Source: an uncultured Candidatus Rokubacteria bacterium
GTDB lineage: Bacteria; Methylomirabilota; Methylomirabilia; Rokubacteriales; DASRDR01
Assembly: GCA_963805625.1 (NCBI GenBank)
Contig: CAWDVE010000010.1
Span: 2,016,001-2,080,000, forward strand
Length of the DNA stretch: 64,000 nt
Reading direction: 5' to 3'
A program made the position numbers and the translations under genes. Below, piece after piece: positions 1 to 9,047 of this stretch. The notes beneath the pieces are model-generated. The model was not told the DNA's origin and made no database searches. It saw only the letters and a program-made list of their open reading frames with translations. The first letter of the stretch is position 1, and every line of letters starts with the position of its first letter.

Positions 1-805
1 GCGGATGGTCGAAATCGACCTGGGCGAAATCGAGCGGGATCGTGCCGCCCAGCAGGCTGGCCCACGGGCGTCCGTTCCGGAGCGCGTCGGCGCGGGCATC
101 GGGATCGAGGTGCGGCAGCAGGACGACGCGCTCGAGTGTCGGCATCGCCCGCACGAGCTCCTGGATCGCCGGCCGGCGGTCGAAATCCCGACCTCCGTAG
201 CGGTAGCCGTCGACGGCGAACAGGACCTTCGGCTCGATCTGCTTGAACCGGTCGATCACGGCGCCCGACCCCATGTCCGGCGAGCAGCTCGACCAGATCG
301 CACCGAGGCTCGCGCACGCGAGGAACGCCGTGATCGTCTCCGGGATGTTCGGCATGTAGGACACGACCCGGTCGCCCGGGGCGACGCCCATGGCGCGCAG
401 GGCGGCGGCGACCGATGCGACGTCGTCCTGGAGCTCGGCCCACGCGATCTCCCGGCGGGCGCGGCCCTCCGACACCGCGATGAGCGCGGGGTGCTCGGCC
501 GATGCGTACCGCAACGCGTGCTCGGCGTAGTTGAGCCTGGCGCCCTCGAACCAGCGGGCGCCCGGCATCGTGTGCGCGTCGAGCACCCTTACGTCCGGCG
601 CCGCGGCCTGGATGGCGAAGTAGCTCCAGAGCGACGTCCAGAACGCTTCAATGTCCGTGACGGACCACCGCCAGAGGGCCTGGTAGGAGTCGAACGCGAG
701 CCCCTCGTGCTCCATGAGCCAGCGCATGTAGTCGGCCATGCGGCTCGCGGCGCGACGCTCGGAGGACGGCTCCCACAATACGGTGCCCTCGGTCACTGCC
801 GCCAT
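1..805 (-). CDS. Acetoacetate--CoA ligase (acetoacetyl-CoA synthetase), 5' part; runs off the window edge
   Basis: Manual minus-strand translation from ATG at 805: MAAVTEGTVLWEPS...YQALWRWSVTDIEAFW...WFEGARLNYAEHAL...GDRVVSYMPNIPET...GAIWSSCSPDMG...DRFKQIEPKVLFAVDGYRYGGRDFDR, typical of the family. Missing from the ORF track because it has no stop in the window. Confidence 0.9.
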   Translation of the reverse strand, partial: MAAVTEGTVLWEPSSERRAASRMADYMRWLMEHEGLAFDSYQALWRWSVTDIEAFWTSLWSYFAIQAAAPDVRVLDAHTMPGARWFEGARLNYAEHALRYASAEHPALIAVSEGRARREIAWAELQDDVASVAAALRAMGVAPGDRVVSYMPNIPETITAFLACASLGAIWSSCSPDMGSGAVIDRFKQIEPKVLFAVDGYRYGGRDFDRRPAIQELVRAMPTLERVVLLPHLDPDARADALRNGRPWASLLGGTIPLDFAQVDFDHP

Positions 806-1131
806 GGAGTGACATGTAGCATAAGATGGCCCCCCTTGGGGGAACCGGCGAAGCCCGAGCGCCCATCGCAATGGCAACGAAGTGACAACGAGCCCAAACG
901 CTCACTGAGCGCGGCCCGAGTACCGTCCCACCCTGACGTGGCGCAGCTTCCTCGGTTAGCCGGTCCCTCACCGACGCCCTTGTCCCGGATGCATTGGCCA
1001 TGACCAATCTCCACGAGGTGAACCAGACCTCTCGATCCGCCTCGGCGGATCGGGGCCAGCCACGTTTTCCCTGTGCAATAGCCTGAGGACGCCCGAGTCT
1101 GGGCTGCGACGGGTGCCGCCCGGTGCCGTCC

Positions 1132-1161
1132 TTGACACCGCCCGCGCCGACCGCGCACCAT
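1132..1161 (+). promoter_or_regulatory. Candidate sigma70 promoter upstream of the nitrile hydratase operon
   Basis: Perfect TTGACA (1132-1137), 18-bp spacer, weak -10 CACCAT (1156-1161). A second TACAAT lies at 1322-1327. Confidence 0.4.
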
Positions 1162-1379
1162 CGAGGTCGAACGGGTCATGGCTGACTTCGTCCGCCAGCC
1201 CTCTCTGGGGGGAACGGAGGAAACGGCCGAGACGGGGCTGTCTGTCGACTACCCCCTCGACGAAGTCCTCAGCTCCCGGCCCTGAGCTCCCCGGGCGTCG
1301 CGATCGGCCTGGCGCACGGGCTACAATCCCGAGCGACTGACTCGGACGACTGGCCGGATCGACGGGAGCGAGCGAGGAC

Positions 1380-2051
1380 ATGGACGGGATCCACGACCTG
1401 GGAGGCATGCACGGGTTCGGCCCGATCGACGCCGACCCCGCCGAGCGGGGATTCCACGCCTGGTGGGAGCCGCACGTGGTGGCGTGCGTCGACGCCGGGA
1501 TCGCCTGGCCCCTCTTCAGCATCGACGAGTATCGCCACAGCCGTGAGCGCCTGCCGCCCGTCCACTACCTCGAGGCCAGCTACTTCGAGCAGTGGCTCGA
1601 CTCGGCGTGTCAGCTCCTGGTCGAGAAAGGCATCGTGAGCCGCGAGGAGCTAGAGGCCCGGGTCCAGCTCTTCGCGGCCCGCCCGGAGAGCGAGGCGACC
1701 GTGGCGATCACGCCCCGGGAGCCGCCTCCCCGGGACGGGGTCGCCCCGGCCACCTTCCGCCGTCCGATGGCCGCCCGGCCGCGGTTCAGCGAGGGCGACC
1801 GCGTGGTCACCCGGAACCTGCACCGGGCCGGCCACACGCGGCTTCCCCGCTACGCGCGGGGCAAGCGAGGAGTGATCGCCTCCCGACGCGGCGGGTGGGT
1901 CTTTGCCGACACCAACGCCCACGGGCTCGGCGAGGATCCCCAGCACCTCTACAGTGTCCGCTTCGAGGCCGACGAGCTGTGGGGCGAGTCGGCCGAGGCG
2001 CGGGCGGCCGTCTACCTCGACCTGTGGGAGAGCTATCTCGAGCCCGCGTGA
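1380..2051 (+). CDS. nthB: Nitrile hydratase beta subunit
   Basis: N-terminal MDGIHDLGGMHGFGP, DEYRHSRE, YFEQWL, HTRLPRYARGKRG, PQHLYSVRF and the C-terminal DLWESYLEPA signature; GAGGA RBS. Confidence 0.97.
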   Translation: MDGIHDLGGMHGFGPIDADPAERGFHAWWEPHVVACVDAGIAWPLFSIDEYRHSRERLPPVHYLEASYFEQWLDSACQLLVEKGIVSREELEARVQLFAARPESEATVAITPREPPPRDGVAPATFRRPMAARPRFSEGDRVVTRNLHRAGHTRLPRYARGKRGVIASRRGGWVFADTNAHGLGEDPQHLYSVRFEADELWGESAEARAAVYLDLWESYLEPA

Positions 2052-2671
2052 GCGGGCGGGCGGAGAGTGCCGTGGGCAAGAATCACGCGAAGGTCGACCC
2101 CTACGTGGTGTCCCGTGTCCGTGCCCTGGAGTCCCTGCTCCTCGAGCGGGGCGTGCTCGCCCCCAATGCCGTGGACAAGGTCGTCCGCCGCTACGGCGAG
2201 GCCACGGGACCGTTGCTCGGCGCCAGGGCGGTGGCCCGGGCCTGGGTCGATCCCGCGTACCACCGGCTCCTCCTCGAGGACTCCCGTGCGGCGTTGGCTG
2301 CCCTCGGCCTGAACTACGACCGGCTGATCGTGGTCGAGAACACGCCAGCCGTGCACAACCTGGTCGTGTGCACGCTCTGCTCCTGCTACCCGTGGGAAGT
2401 TCTCGGGCTTCCCCCGACCTGGTACAAGCTCCCGGCCTACCGCTCGCGCGCCGTCTCCGAGCCCAGACAGGTCCTCCGGGAGTTCGGACTCGACATCCCG
2501 CCGACCCGGGACGTTCGCGTGTGGGACTCCAGCGCCGAGGTGCGGTACATGGTCCTGCCCCAGCGCCCGGCGGGCGCGGAGGGTCTCGGCGAGGAGGCGC
2601 TCGTCCGGGTGATCCCCCGAGATGCGCTGATCGGGGTGGCCGAGGTGACGCTCACGCCGGCCCCGGCTTGA
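2048..2671 (+). CDS. nthA: Nitrile hydratase alpha subunit, cobalt type
   Basis: Metal-binding VVCTLCSCYPW (Thr/Tyr = Co-type signature), GLPPTWYK, YRSRAV, VRVWDSSAEVRYMVLPQRP. GTG start overlaps the nthB stop (GTGA). Confidence 0.97.
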   Translation: MSGRAESAVGKNHAKVDPYVVSRVRALESLLLERGVLAPNAVDKVVRRYGEATGPLLGARAVARAWVDPAYHRLLLEDSRAALAALGLNYDRLIVVENTPAVHNLVVCTLCSCYPWEVLGLPPTWYKLPAYRSRAVSEPRQVLREFGLDIPPTRDVRVWDSSAEVRYMVLPQRPAGAEGLGEEALVRVIPRDALIGVAEVTLTPAPA

Positions 2672-3525
2672 TCCGGCCGCCCGTGTACGAGCGGCAGCGC
2701 AACATCGTCGTCCGTCCCGACGGGAAGCGCGTCAACGTGGCGCGCTTCCGCGGCCAGCTCTTCGTGTGCGCGAGCGGCTGTTGCTGCGGCCGCACGGAGG
2801 ACGGCTTCGCTCCCGTCCCCGCGGAGACCCTCCACCGGGAATGGGAGCGCCGCCGACTCCGGAACGTGGTCCATCTCACCATGGGCGGCTGCCTCGGGCC
2901 CTGTGCGCTGGCCAACGTCGCGCTCCTCCTCTTCGACGGGGAGGCCCAGTGGTTCCACACCATCGACTCCGACGCCTTGGCGGTGGCGCTGTACGACCAC
3001 GTCGAGCGGATGCTGGACGCCGACACCGTTCTCCCGCCCTCCGCCGCCCTGGCCGCCCACCACTTCACCGCCTCGTCATGGCAGCCGCGCCCCGACGGGC
3101 AGCCTGTCGACGATGCGCGCCTGTGGCGGGCCGCACGGGGGACCCACGGCTGCGCACCGTCGGCCTCCGGCCTCGCGGTCGGGACCAACCAGCTCACGGT
3201 GGAGCGCGTGGTGAGCGCGATGAGTGGGGAGGCGGCGCTCCCCCGGAAGAACGGCGAGCTGGTCTTCGAGGAGCCCTGGCAGGGCCGGGTGTTCGGGATG
3301 GCGGTGGCACTCCATGAAGGAGGGCTGTACGAGTGGGAGGAGTTCCGCCAGACGCTGATCGCCCGCATCTCCGCCGCCGAGGCGCGGGGCGGGCCGTTCG
3401 CCTACTACGAGGTCTGGCTGGAGACCTTCGAAGCGCTCCTGGGCCGCAAGGGGCTCATCACCCGTGAAGAGCTGGACGAAACCACTTACCAGTTCGAGTT
3501 CGGCGAGCGGGACGAGGTGTTCTGA
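2668..3525 (+). CDS. Nitrile hydratase accessory/activator protein fused to an N-terminal thioredoxin-like (2Fe-2S) ferredoxin-type Cys-rich domain
   Basis: TTG start overlaps the nthA stop (TTGA). N-terminal CASGCCCGRT...GGCLGPCALANV; C-terminal PRKNGELVFEEPWQGRVFGMAVAL...WEEFRQ...YYEVWLETFEALL (NHase accessory, P14K/NhlE-like). No stop between the domains. Confidence 0.85.
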   Translation: MIRPPVYERQRNIVVRPDGKRVNVARFRGQLFVCASGCCCGRTEDGFAPVPAETLHREWERRRLRNVVHLTMGGCLGPCALANVALLLFDGEAQWFHTIDSDALAVALYDHVERMLDADTVLPPSAALAAHHFTASSWQPRPDGQPVDDARLWRAARGTHGCAPSASGLAVGTNQLTVERVVSAMSGEAALPRKNGELVFEEPWQGRVFGMAVALHEGGLYEWEEFRQTLIARISAAEARGGPFAYYEVWLETFEALLGRKGLITREELDETTYQFEFGERDEVF

Positions 3526-3798
3526 GCAATCGGGCCGACAGGGACCTGCCCACCCACCGTGTCGACCAGTCTCCGGTGGGGGATCGGGTCGGCGGCGATA
3601 ACCAGGCCGGCGGCGAAGCGCGGCGACGGCTGATTGTAGCGGAGCGGCGCGCCGTCGAGGTCGGTCGTGGCGCCCCCTTCGGGGGAACGGCCGAGAAGGA
3701 GCCTATGCCGACTACCCGCGCTCCGGTACCGCCTTCGCGCAAGAACCGAATCCCTTCATCGGCAACTGAAAGCTCGTAACACACGAGGGAGGACAATC

Positions 3799-4872
3799 AT
3801 GAACCTATCGCTGGTAGTGGCGCGGGCGGCGGCGAGTTTCGCACTGCTCCTGGTCGCGATTGCGGCGGCGGCGCAGCAGAACTGGCCGGCGCCCAAAGAG
3901 GCCGACTGGATCGCCAAGGACTTCACGTTCCACAGCGGCGAGACGATGGATCTGCGCGTGCACTACACGACGGTCGGCGATCCGTCCGGAATGCCGGTAC
4001 TGATGCTGCACGGCACCACCGGCTCCGGCATCGGCTTGCTGACGCCGGCCTTCGCGGGCCAGCTGTTCGGCCCCGGCCAGGCGCTCGATGCCACCAAGTA
4101 TTTCGTCATCCTCCCCGACGCGATCGGCCACGGCAAGTCGTCGAAGCCGTCGGACGGCCTGCGCGCCAAGTTCCCACAATACAATTACGACGACATGGTT
4201 GCGGCCCAGTATCGTCTCGTCACCGAAGGCCTCGGCATCCGTCATCTGCGCCTCGTCATGGGCAACTCGATGGGCGGCATGCACACCTGGATCTGGGGCG
4301 TCAGGCACCCCGAGTTCATGGACGCGCTGGTGCCGATGGCCTCGCAGCCGACCGCGATGTCGTCGCGCAACTGGATGCTGCGCCGCCTCATCACCGAGAC
4401 CATCCGCCGCGACCCGGACTGGAACAACGGCAACTACGCGACGCAACCGAAGGGTGCGCAGTTCGCCAGCGTGTTCTACGGCATCGCCACCGCCGGCGGC
4501 ACGCTCGCCTACCAGAAGCAGGCGCCGACGCGCGAGCTGGCCGACAAGGTCGTCGACGACCGCCTCAACGCGCCGTTCGCCGGTGACGCCAACGACGTGC
4601 TCTATCAATGGGCTTCGTCGGGGGACTACAATCCGGCCCCGGGGCTGGAGAAGATCCAGGCGCCGCTGCTTGCCATCAACGCCGCCGATGACGAGCGCAA
4701 CCCGCCGGAGACCGGCCTGATGGATAACGCGCTCAAGCGCGTGAAGGGCGGCAAGCTTTACCTGATTCCGGCCAGCGAGGACACGCGCGGCCACAGCACC
4801 ACCGGCTTCGCCAAGTTCTACGCCAAGCAGGTCAGCGACTTCATGCAGACCGCGCCGAAGGGCACCAGGTGA
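3799..4872 (+). CDS. Exported alpha/beta hydrolase, homoserine O-acetyltransferase-like
   Basis: GGAGG RBS, Sec signal (LLLVAIAAAAQQ), LHGTTGSG, GNSMGG nucleophile elbow, ADDERNP, TRGH. Confidence 0.88.
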   Translation: MNLSLVVARAAASFALLLVAIAAAAQQNWPAPKEADWIAKDFTFHSGETMDLRVHYTTVGDPSGMPVLMLHGTTGSGIGLLTPAFAGQLFGPGQALDATKYFVILPDAIGHGKSSKPSDGLRAKFPQYNYDDMVAAQYRLVTEGLGIRHLRLVMGNSMGGMHTWIWGVRHPEFMDALVPMASQPTAMSSRNWMLRRLITETIRRDPDWNNGNYATQPKGAQFASVFYGIATAGGTLAYQKQAPTRELADKVVDDRLNAPFAGDANDVLYQWASSGDYNPAPGLEKIQAPLLAINAADDERNPPETGLMDNALKRVKGGKLYLIPASEDTRGHSTTGFAKFYAKQVSDFMQTAPKGTR

Positions 4873-5013
4873 CTGATTCTTTCCGTCACCCCCCGACTTG
4901 ATTGGAGCCCAGACTCTCTGAAGAAGATGGACCCTGGACTCTCGCGCCCCAGTTTCTTCTCGGAAGACACCTCCGCAGGATCGGGGACGATCTGTCCAGA
5001 GGGCAGCGCGCGG

Positions 5014-5092
5014 AATGCACCTGACCGCGCGCTCAGGCTTTGGGAGTTCAGATTGTCACGGCCACCGCGGCAGGTGAGCTCGGTCGTTGGGT
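5014..5092 (+). mobile_element. Degenerate integron attC-like site
   Basis: AATGCACCTGACCGCG...CGCGGCAGGTGA pair as L''/L' arms with two unpaired bases, followed by R' GTTGGGT (GTTRRRY) at 5086-5092. The R'' box (RYYYAAC) is not intact. Confidence 0.45.
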
Positions 5093-5119
5093 CTCGTTCA
5101 GCACGTCGTGAGAACGGGC

Positions 5120-5391
5120 CGTTCGGCACTTACACTGACCCCACTGCACACGTCGCAGGCAGAAAGGAGCTCGTCGATCACATCGGCGGGTTCTTTGAGC
5201 AGTTCCCGGGGGCCCACTTTGAGCTTATCAGTGGGATCGATACGCATCACGAGAAGCTTCGCTTCGCCTGGCGTATGGTGCTTGCGGATGGGAAGGTGTT
5301 TGTGGAGGGAATTGACTTCGGTGAGTTGTCCCCCGATGGCAAGCTGCATCGCATCGTCGGGTTCTTTGGGCCGCTTGCGCCAAGGCCATAG
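5120..5391 (+). pseudogene. SnoaL/NTF2-like protein, 5'-truncated fragment
   Basis: GTYTDPTAHVAGRKELVDHIGGF...IDTHHEKLRFAWRMV...EGIDFGELSPDGKLHRIVGFFGPL. No plausible start or N-terminal helix; lower GC than the flanks. Confidence 0.6.
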
Positions 5392-5534
5392 ACCGTGGCC
5401 GTAACTCGGCTTGACGCGATGCTCCCCGTAGTGGTCTTTTGACGGTGGATGAGGTTCCCCCGCGAGGCGGGCCGGCCATCCGGCGCGCCCCGGCGCCTGA
5501 CCGCCGCTCAGGCACGCGCTCCGTCTGCCGTGCG

Positions 5535-5966
5535 CTAGCGGCCCGGTCGGCTGTACTGCTGGGCGCGGACCACGCGGAGCCGGAACTCCCTTTCCCGACC
5601 TTGCTGAACGAGCTCCACCGCGAAGGCCGTCGGGCCTGCGCCAAACCCCGGACGGATGATGCTCGAGCCCTGGCTGACAACCTGCCCCTGTTCGTCCAGC
5701 CCCTCGAACGCAATCGTCGCGTCCCACTGGCTGCCGGCGGTCGACTCTGCCATCCCCACCGCCCGGACCGCCCCGCCTACGCGTTCGAGCGCCCAGCGGA
5801 GTGTGAGGAACTGCTCCCGCGTCGTGTTCGGCAGCGTCGGCGGAACCTCGATCCGAGCGCTCCGCACGCAGCCACCCGCGACGAGCGTGGAGGCAAGGAG
5901 CAGCCCGACCCAGCCAAGTCCGCCCGCCGCGCGCGAGAATCCGGCCACCCTGGGCTTCTTCGACAT
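5535..5966 (-). CDS. Hypothetical lipoprotein
   Basis: Basic N-terminus, hydrophobic stretch, lipobox-like VAGGC, GGAGG RBS, beta-rich body. Confidence 0.65.
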   Translation of the reverse strand: MSKKPRVAGFSRAAGGLGWVGLLLASTLVAGGCVRSARIEVPPTLPNTTREQFLTLRWALERVGGAVRAVGMAESTAGSQWDATIAFEGLDEQGQVVSQGSSIIRPGFGAGPTAFAVELVQQGREREFRLRVVRAQQYSRPGR

Positions 5967-6040
5967 GGCGAAACCTCCGGCCCAGTCGGCGGGTCAGCCT
6001 CTCCAGCCTGGGCTTGGTTTGGGGGTGTCCCGACGTGTGT

Positions 6041-6202
6041 TCAGAGTTCTAGACCGCCGTCGTCGCCTGATCGGCGCCGAGGGTCGCCCGCGTCATGTCC
6101 CGATCGCCGACACTCGTCCCAGTCGGCCGAAGTGCAGGTGGTCTCCTGGCACTCGAATTCACAGACCAGCCATCGCGCCAGCCTCACGATTGGGTCGATC
6201 AT
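6041..6202 (-). CDS. Small Cys-containing hypothetical protein (53 aa)
   Basis: GGAGG 5 nt before ATG; MIDPIVRLARWLVCEFECQETTCTSADWDECRR. Confidence 0.4.
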   Translation of the reverse strand: MIDPIVRLARWLVCEFECQETTCTSADWDECRRSGHDAGDPRRRSGDDGGLEL

Positions 6203-6762
6203 GGCAGCCTCCGTCCCGGGCGACACTTTCGTCGGAAACCGACGCTGATAGTCACTTGAGTGCAAGCCGAATACCGCACGTCTACTCTCTCACCGCAAGC
6301 CCCATCGGGAGGGATGTATGGTGGAGCCTTCCGGCCGGGCCTCGGGTAATCAGCGCGCGTTCCGCCACCCTCCTGACGCCCGCCGTCGAAGCGATCGTCC
6401 AGGAGATGCTCGCCGCCGCCCGACGGCCGAGAATACGGCGGTGCCGCGTCGAGCCGGTCTCCGGGCGGAGTCGGCCGGATCGCGTTCACGCCGCAAGCCG
6501 ACGGGAGGGTGGAGTTCGTGGGCTGCGTGTCGATCGGGTCGCTGGACGCCGGGGCGGAGCTCGCGGGGCTGAGTAAAGCGGGCGTGTCCCCGACGTGATT
6601 CGCAGGCTTGTGGAAGCAGGAATTCCAAGGGTTTATCAAGATCGCCTGACAACCGCCTGGTCGTCCCCGGAAGCCCGCGAGGACCCGGGCGCCCGGCCCG
6701 CTTGCACGGCGACCGGAAGCTCGCCATGATCGGGAACGAGCCGAGGCACGGAAAGGAGCGTC

Positions 6763-8307
6763 ATGACCGAGCACGAGTACGACGCGATCCTCGTGGGGGC
6801 CGGCCACAACGGGCTGGTCACCGCCTACTACCTCGCAAAGGAAGGCCTATCGGTCCTCGTCCTCGAGCGCATCGAGCGGGTAGGCGGCGGCATCGGGACC
6901 GAGGAGCTCTATCCGGGTTTTCACGTGCCCTACTGCGCCTACATCTGCCACATGCTCCACGGGAGGATCATCGACGACCTGGAGCTCCGCCGGCATGGGT
7001 TCGACCTCTATCCGGTCGACCCCTGGAGCTTCCACCCGTTCCCTGACGGCACCCACCTCCTCGGCTGGCAGGACACGAAGAAGTTCGTGCGGGAGCTCCG
7101 GAAACTGTCCGCCCACGACGCCGAGGCCTATCCCGACTGGGTCTCGTTCTGGGACCGGGCGTGCGGGATCGTCTACCGGTACTTCCTCGCCGACCCGCCG
7201 ACCTTCGCCCAGGTCGCCGCCGAGGTCCGCGGGACCGCCGACGAGGCCGTCTGGGAGACGATGCTGACCGTTCCGGTACGGGACCTGCTCGACGAGCACT
7301 TCGAGGACCCACGGGTCAAGGCGTACTTCGTCAACGCTCAGGACGCCGGCGACCCGAGCGTGCCGGGCAGCATCCTCTCCGTCGCCTATATCCGGAGCGG
7401 CATCCTCGGCAAGCCCGAGAACCGCGGGATCCCCAAGGGCGGCATGGGGCGCGTGTCCGAGGCGATGGCCCGGGCGGCCCAGGCCCAGGGGGTGGAGATC
7501 CGGACCGGCGTGACGGTCGACCGGATCCTGGTCGAGGACGGTCAAGCCCGCGGGGTGCGCCTCGGCGACGGACGCGAGCTCCGCGCCTCGCTGGTGATCT
7601 CGAACGCCGACCCGAAGCGCACGTACCTCTCGCTCGTCGATCCGAAGGATCTCGACGAGGGCTTCATCCGCCGAGTCCGGAACCTGAAGACTCGGGCAAA
7701 CTGCGTGAAGGTCCTGGTCGCCCTGCGGGAGTTCCCGGATTTCAGCCGCTGGCTCGGCCCGGGCTTCGACCCGCGACTCGCCGCCTACGTGAAGATCTGC
7801 CCGTCCGTCGAGTGGTTCCAGGCGAGCTGCGATGCGGCGAAAGCCGGGCGCCTCTCCGAGACACCCATCATGTACGTGCAGTTCCCGACGGTCTACGACC
7901 GCACCCTTGCGCCGAAGGGCATGCACGTGATGTCGAGCTGGTCCCTGTACTACCCGGCCCAGCCGGCCGCCGGCCCGTGGGACACGGCGAAGAAGAAGGC
8001 CCTCGGCGAACTCCACGTGGAGATCCTGTCCCGGTACGCCCCGAACTTCAGGGATGCGGTCCTGGACGTCACGGTCGAGACACCGCTCGACATCGAATCC
8101 CGGATCGGGATGACCGACGGCAACATCCGGCATCTCGACATCACCCCCCAGCAGTTCTTCGCGCGGCGGATGCCGTATCGTGCGCCGATCAAGGGCCTCT
8201 ACCTCTGCGGCGGGGGCACGCATCCGGGCGGCGAGCTCACGGGGGCCCCCGGTCACAACTGCGCCCGTGCGATCCTGCGCGATCTGGAGGAGACGGCACC
8301 GCGCTAG
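6763..8307 (+). CDS. Phytoene desaturase-family NAD(P)/FAD-dependent oxidoreductase
   Basis: GAGHNGLV dinucleotide-binding motif, PKGGMGRVSEAM, SNADPKRT, GLYLCGGGTHPGG; AAGGAG RBS. Confidence 0.9.
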   Translation: MTEHEYDAILVGAGHNGLVTAYYLAKEGLSVLVLERIERVGGGIGTEELYPGFHVPYCAYICHMLHGRIIDDLELRRHGFDLYPVDPWSFHPFPDGTHLLGWQDTKKFVRELRKLSAHDAEAYPDWVSFWDRACGIVYRYFLADPPTFAQVAAEVRGTADEAVWETMLTVPVRDLLDEHFEDPRVKAYFVNAQDAGDPSVPGSILSVAYIRSGILGKPENRGIPKGGMGRVSEAMARAAQAQGVEIRTGVTVDRILVEDGQARGVRLGDGRELRASLVISNADPKRTYLSLVDPKDLDEGFIRRVRNLKTRANCVKVLVALREFPDFSRWLGPGFDPRLAAYVKICPSVEWFQASCDAAKAGRLSETPIMYVQFPTVYDRTLAPKGMHVMSSWSLYYPAQPAAGPWDTAKKKALGELHVEILSRYAPNFRDAVLDVTVETPLDIESRIGMTDGNIRHLDITPQQFFARRMPYRAPIKGLYLCGGGTHPGGELTGAPGHNCARAILRDLEETAPR

Positions 8308-8383
8308 CTCGCTCGGCACGAGCACGATCTTCCCGGCGACGTCGGCTCGCTCCAGCATCCGGTGGGCTCTCCCGATCGCGTTG

Positions 8384-8415
8384 GCTCACATGGACACGGC
8401 AGCATCCATGTGAGC
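8384..8415. terminator. Inverted repeat between convergent genes (probable bidirectional terminator)
   Basis: Perfect 11-bp arms GCTCACATGGA / TCCATGTGAGC with a 10-nt loop. Confidence 0.5.
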
Positions 8416-8443
8416 GAGGGCCGTCGGAGCTCCGGGAGGCGGT

Positions 8444-8770
8444 TCAGGCCGGCCCCACGGCGAAGCGCGGCGGCCCGAGGTGCTGACCCCGGCAGACCGG
8501 GCAGGCCGAGGGCCGGTCGAGGCGGGCCCGCTTCCTGAAGACGAAGCCGCAGCCCAGACACCGGGCCGGCTCCATGCGGAGCCGCTCCGCCGTCGGCCGG
8601 AGCGAACGGGCGACGTGGGCGAGGTGATCGGCAACCTGCTTCTCCGGGATCCCGACGAGGCCCGAGAGTTCGTGGGCGGTGCGCGGACCCTCGCGGAGGT
8701 GGCGGAGGAGCGCTTCACGGACGGTGACCGAGCGCTCCGCCGGGGGGCGCTCACGTCGCGGCGCGGCCAC
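8444..8770 (-). CDS. Winged-HTH plus Zn-ribbon putative transcriptional regulator (COG3357/PF0610-like)
   Basis: HTH (PRTAHELSGLVGIPEKQVADHLAHV) followed by PARCLGCGFVF...PSACPVCR. Start uncertain (GTG 8770 or ATG 8788). Confidence 0.8.
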   Translation of the reverse strand: MAAPRRERPPAERSVTVREALLRHLREGPRTAHELSGLVGIPEKQVADHLAHVARSLRPTAERLRMEPARCLGCGFVFRKRARLDRPSACPVCRGQHLGPPRFAVGPA

Positions 8771-9047
8771 GCCGCCAGGATACCGCATGTCAGCCCCGAC
8801 CCGGCAGGCCACCCCGAGCGATCGGGACACCCGATGGGTTCACGCGGTGATCAGGACTGTACCGCAGTGTTCGTTATGCACTCGTGAGACGTGAGAAATC
8901 TCGTTTCGGGGAATCCCCTCCGGCACAGTCCCCGCCTGCACGGGCGGCCGTCCGTGAACCGGATGTGAATTCAGTCAGGTGGTCGTGCTGATTTGGCCAC
9001 CGTCGTGCGAGACTCGACTGCCGGCCGCGATCGTGCGGCGCGAGCCG

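Noticed and set aside
830-1380. Cobalamin or NiCo riboswitch, hammerhead or SRP RNA upstream of NHase
   Set aside because: Core consensus motifs were not found. CTGAGGA at 1083 lacks the following GAAA; only generic hairpins (e.g. 1031-1054) are present.
6763-8307. Carotenoid biosynthesis
   Set aside because: No crtB or crtE nearby; this family has many non-carotenoid members.
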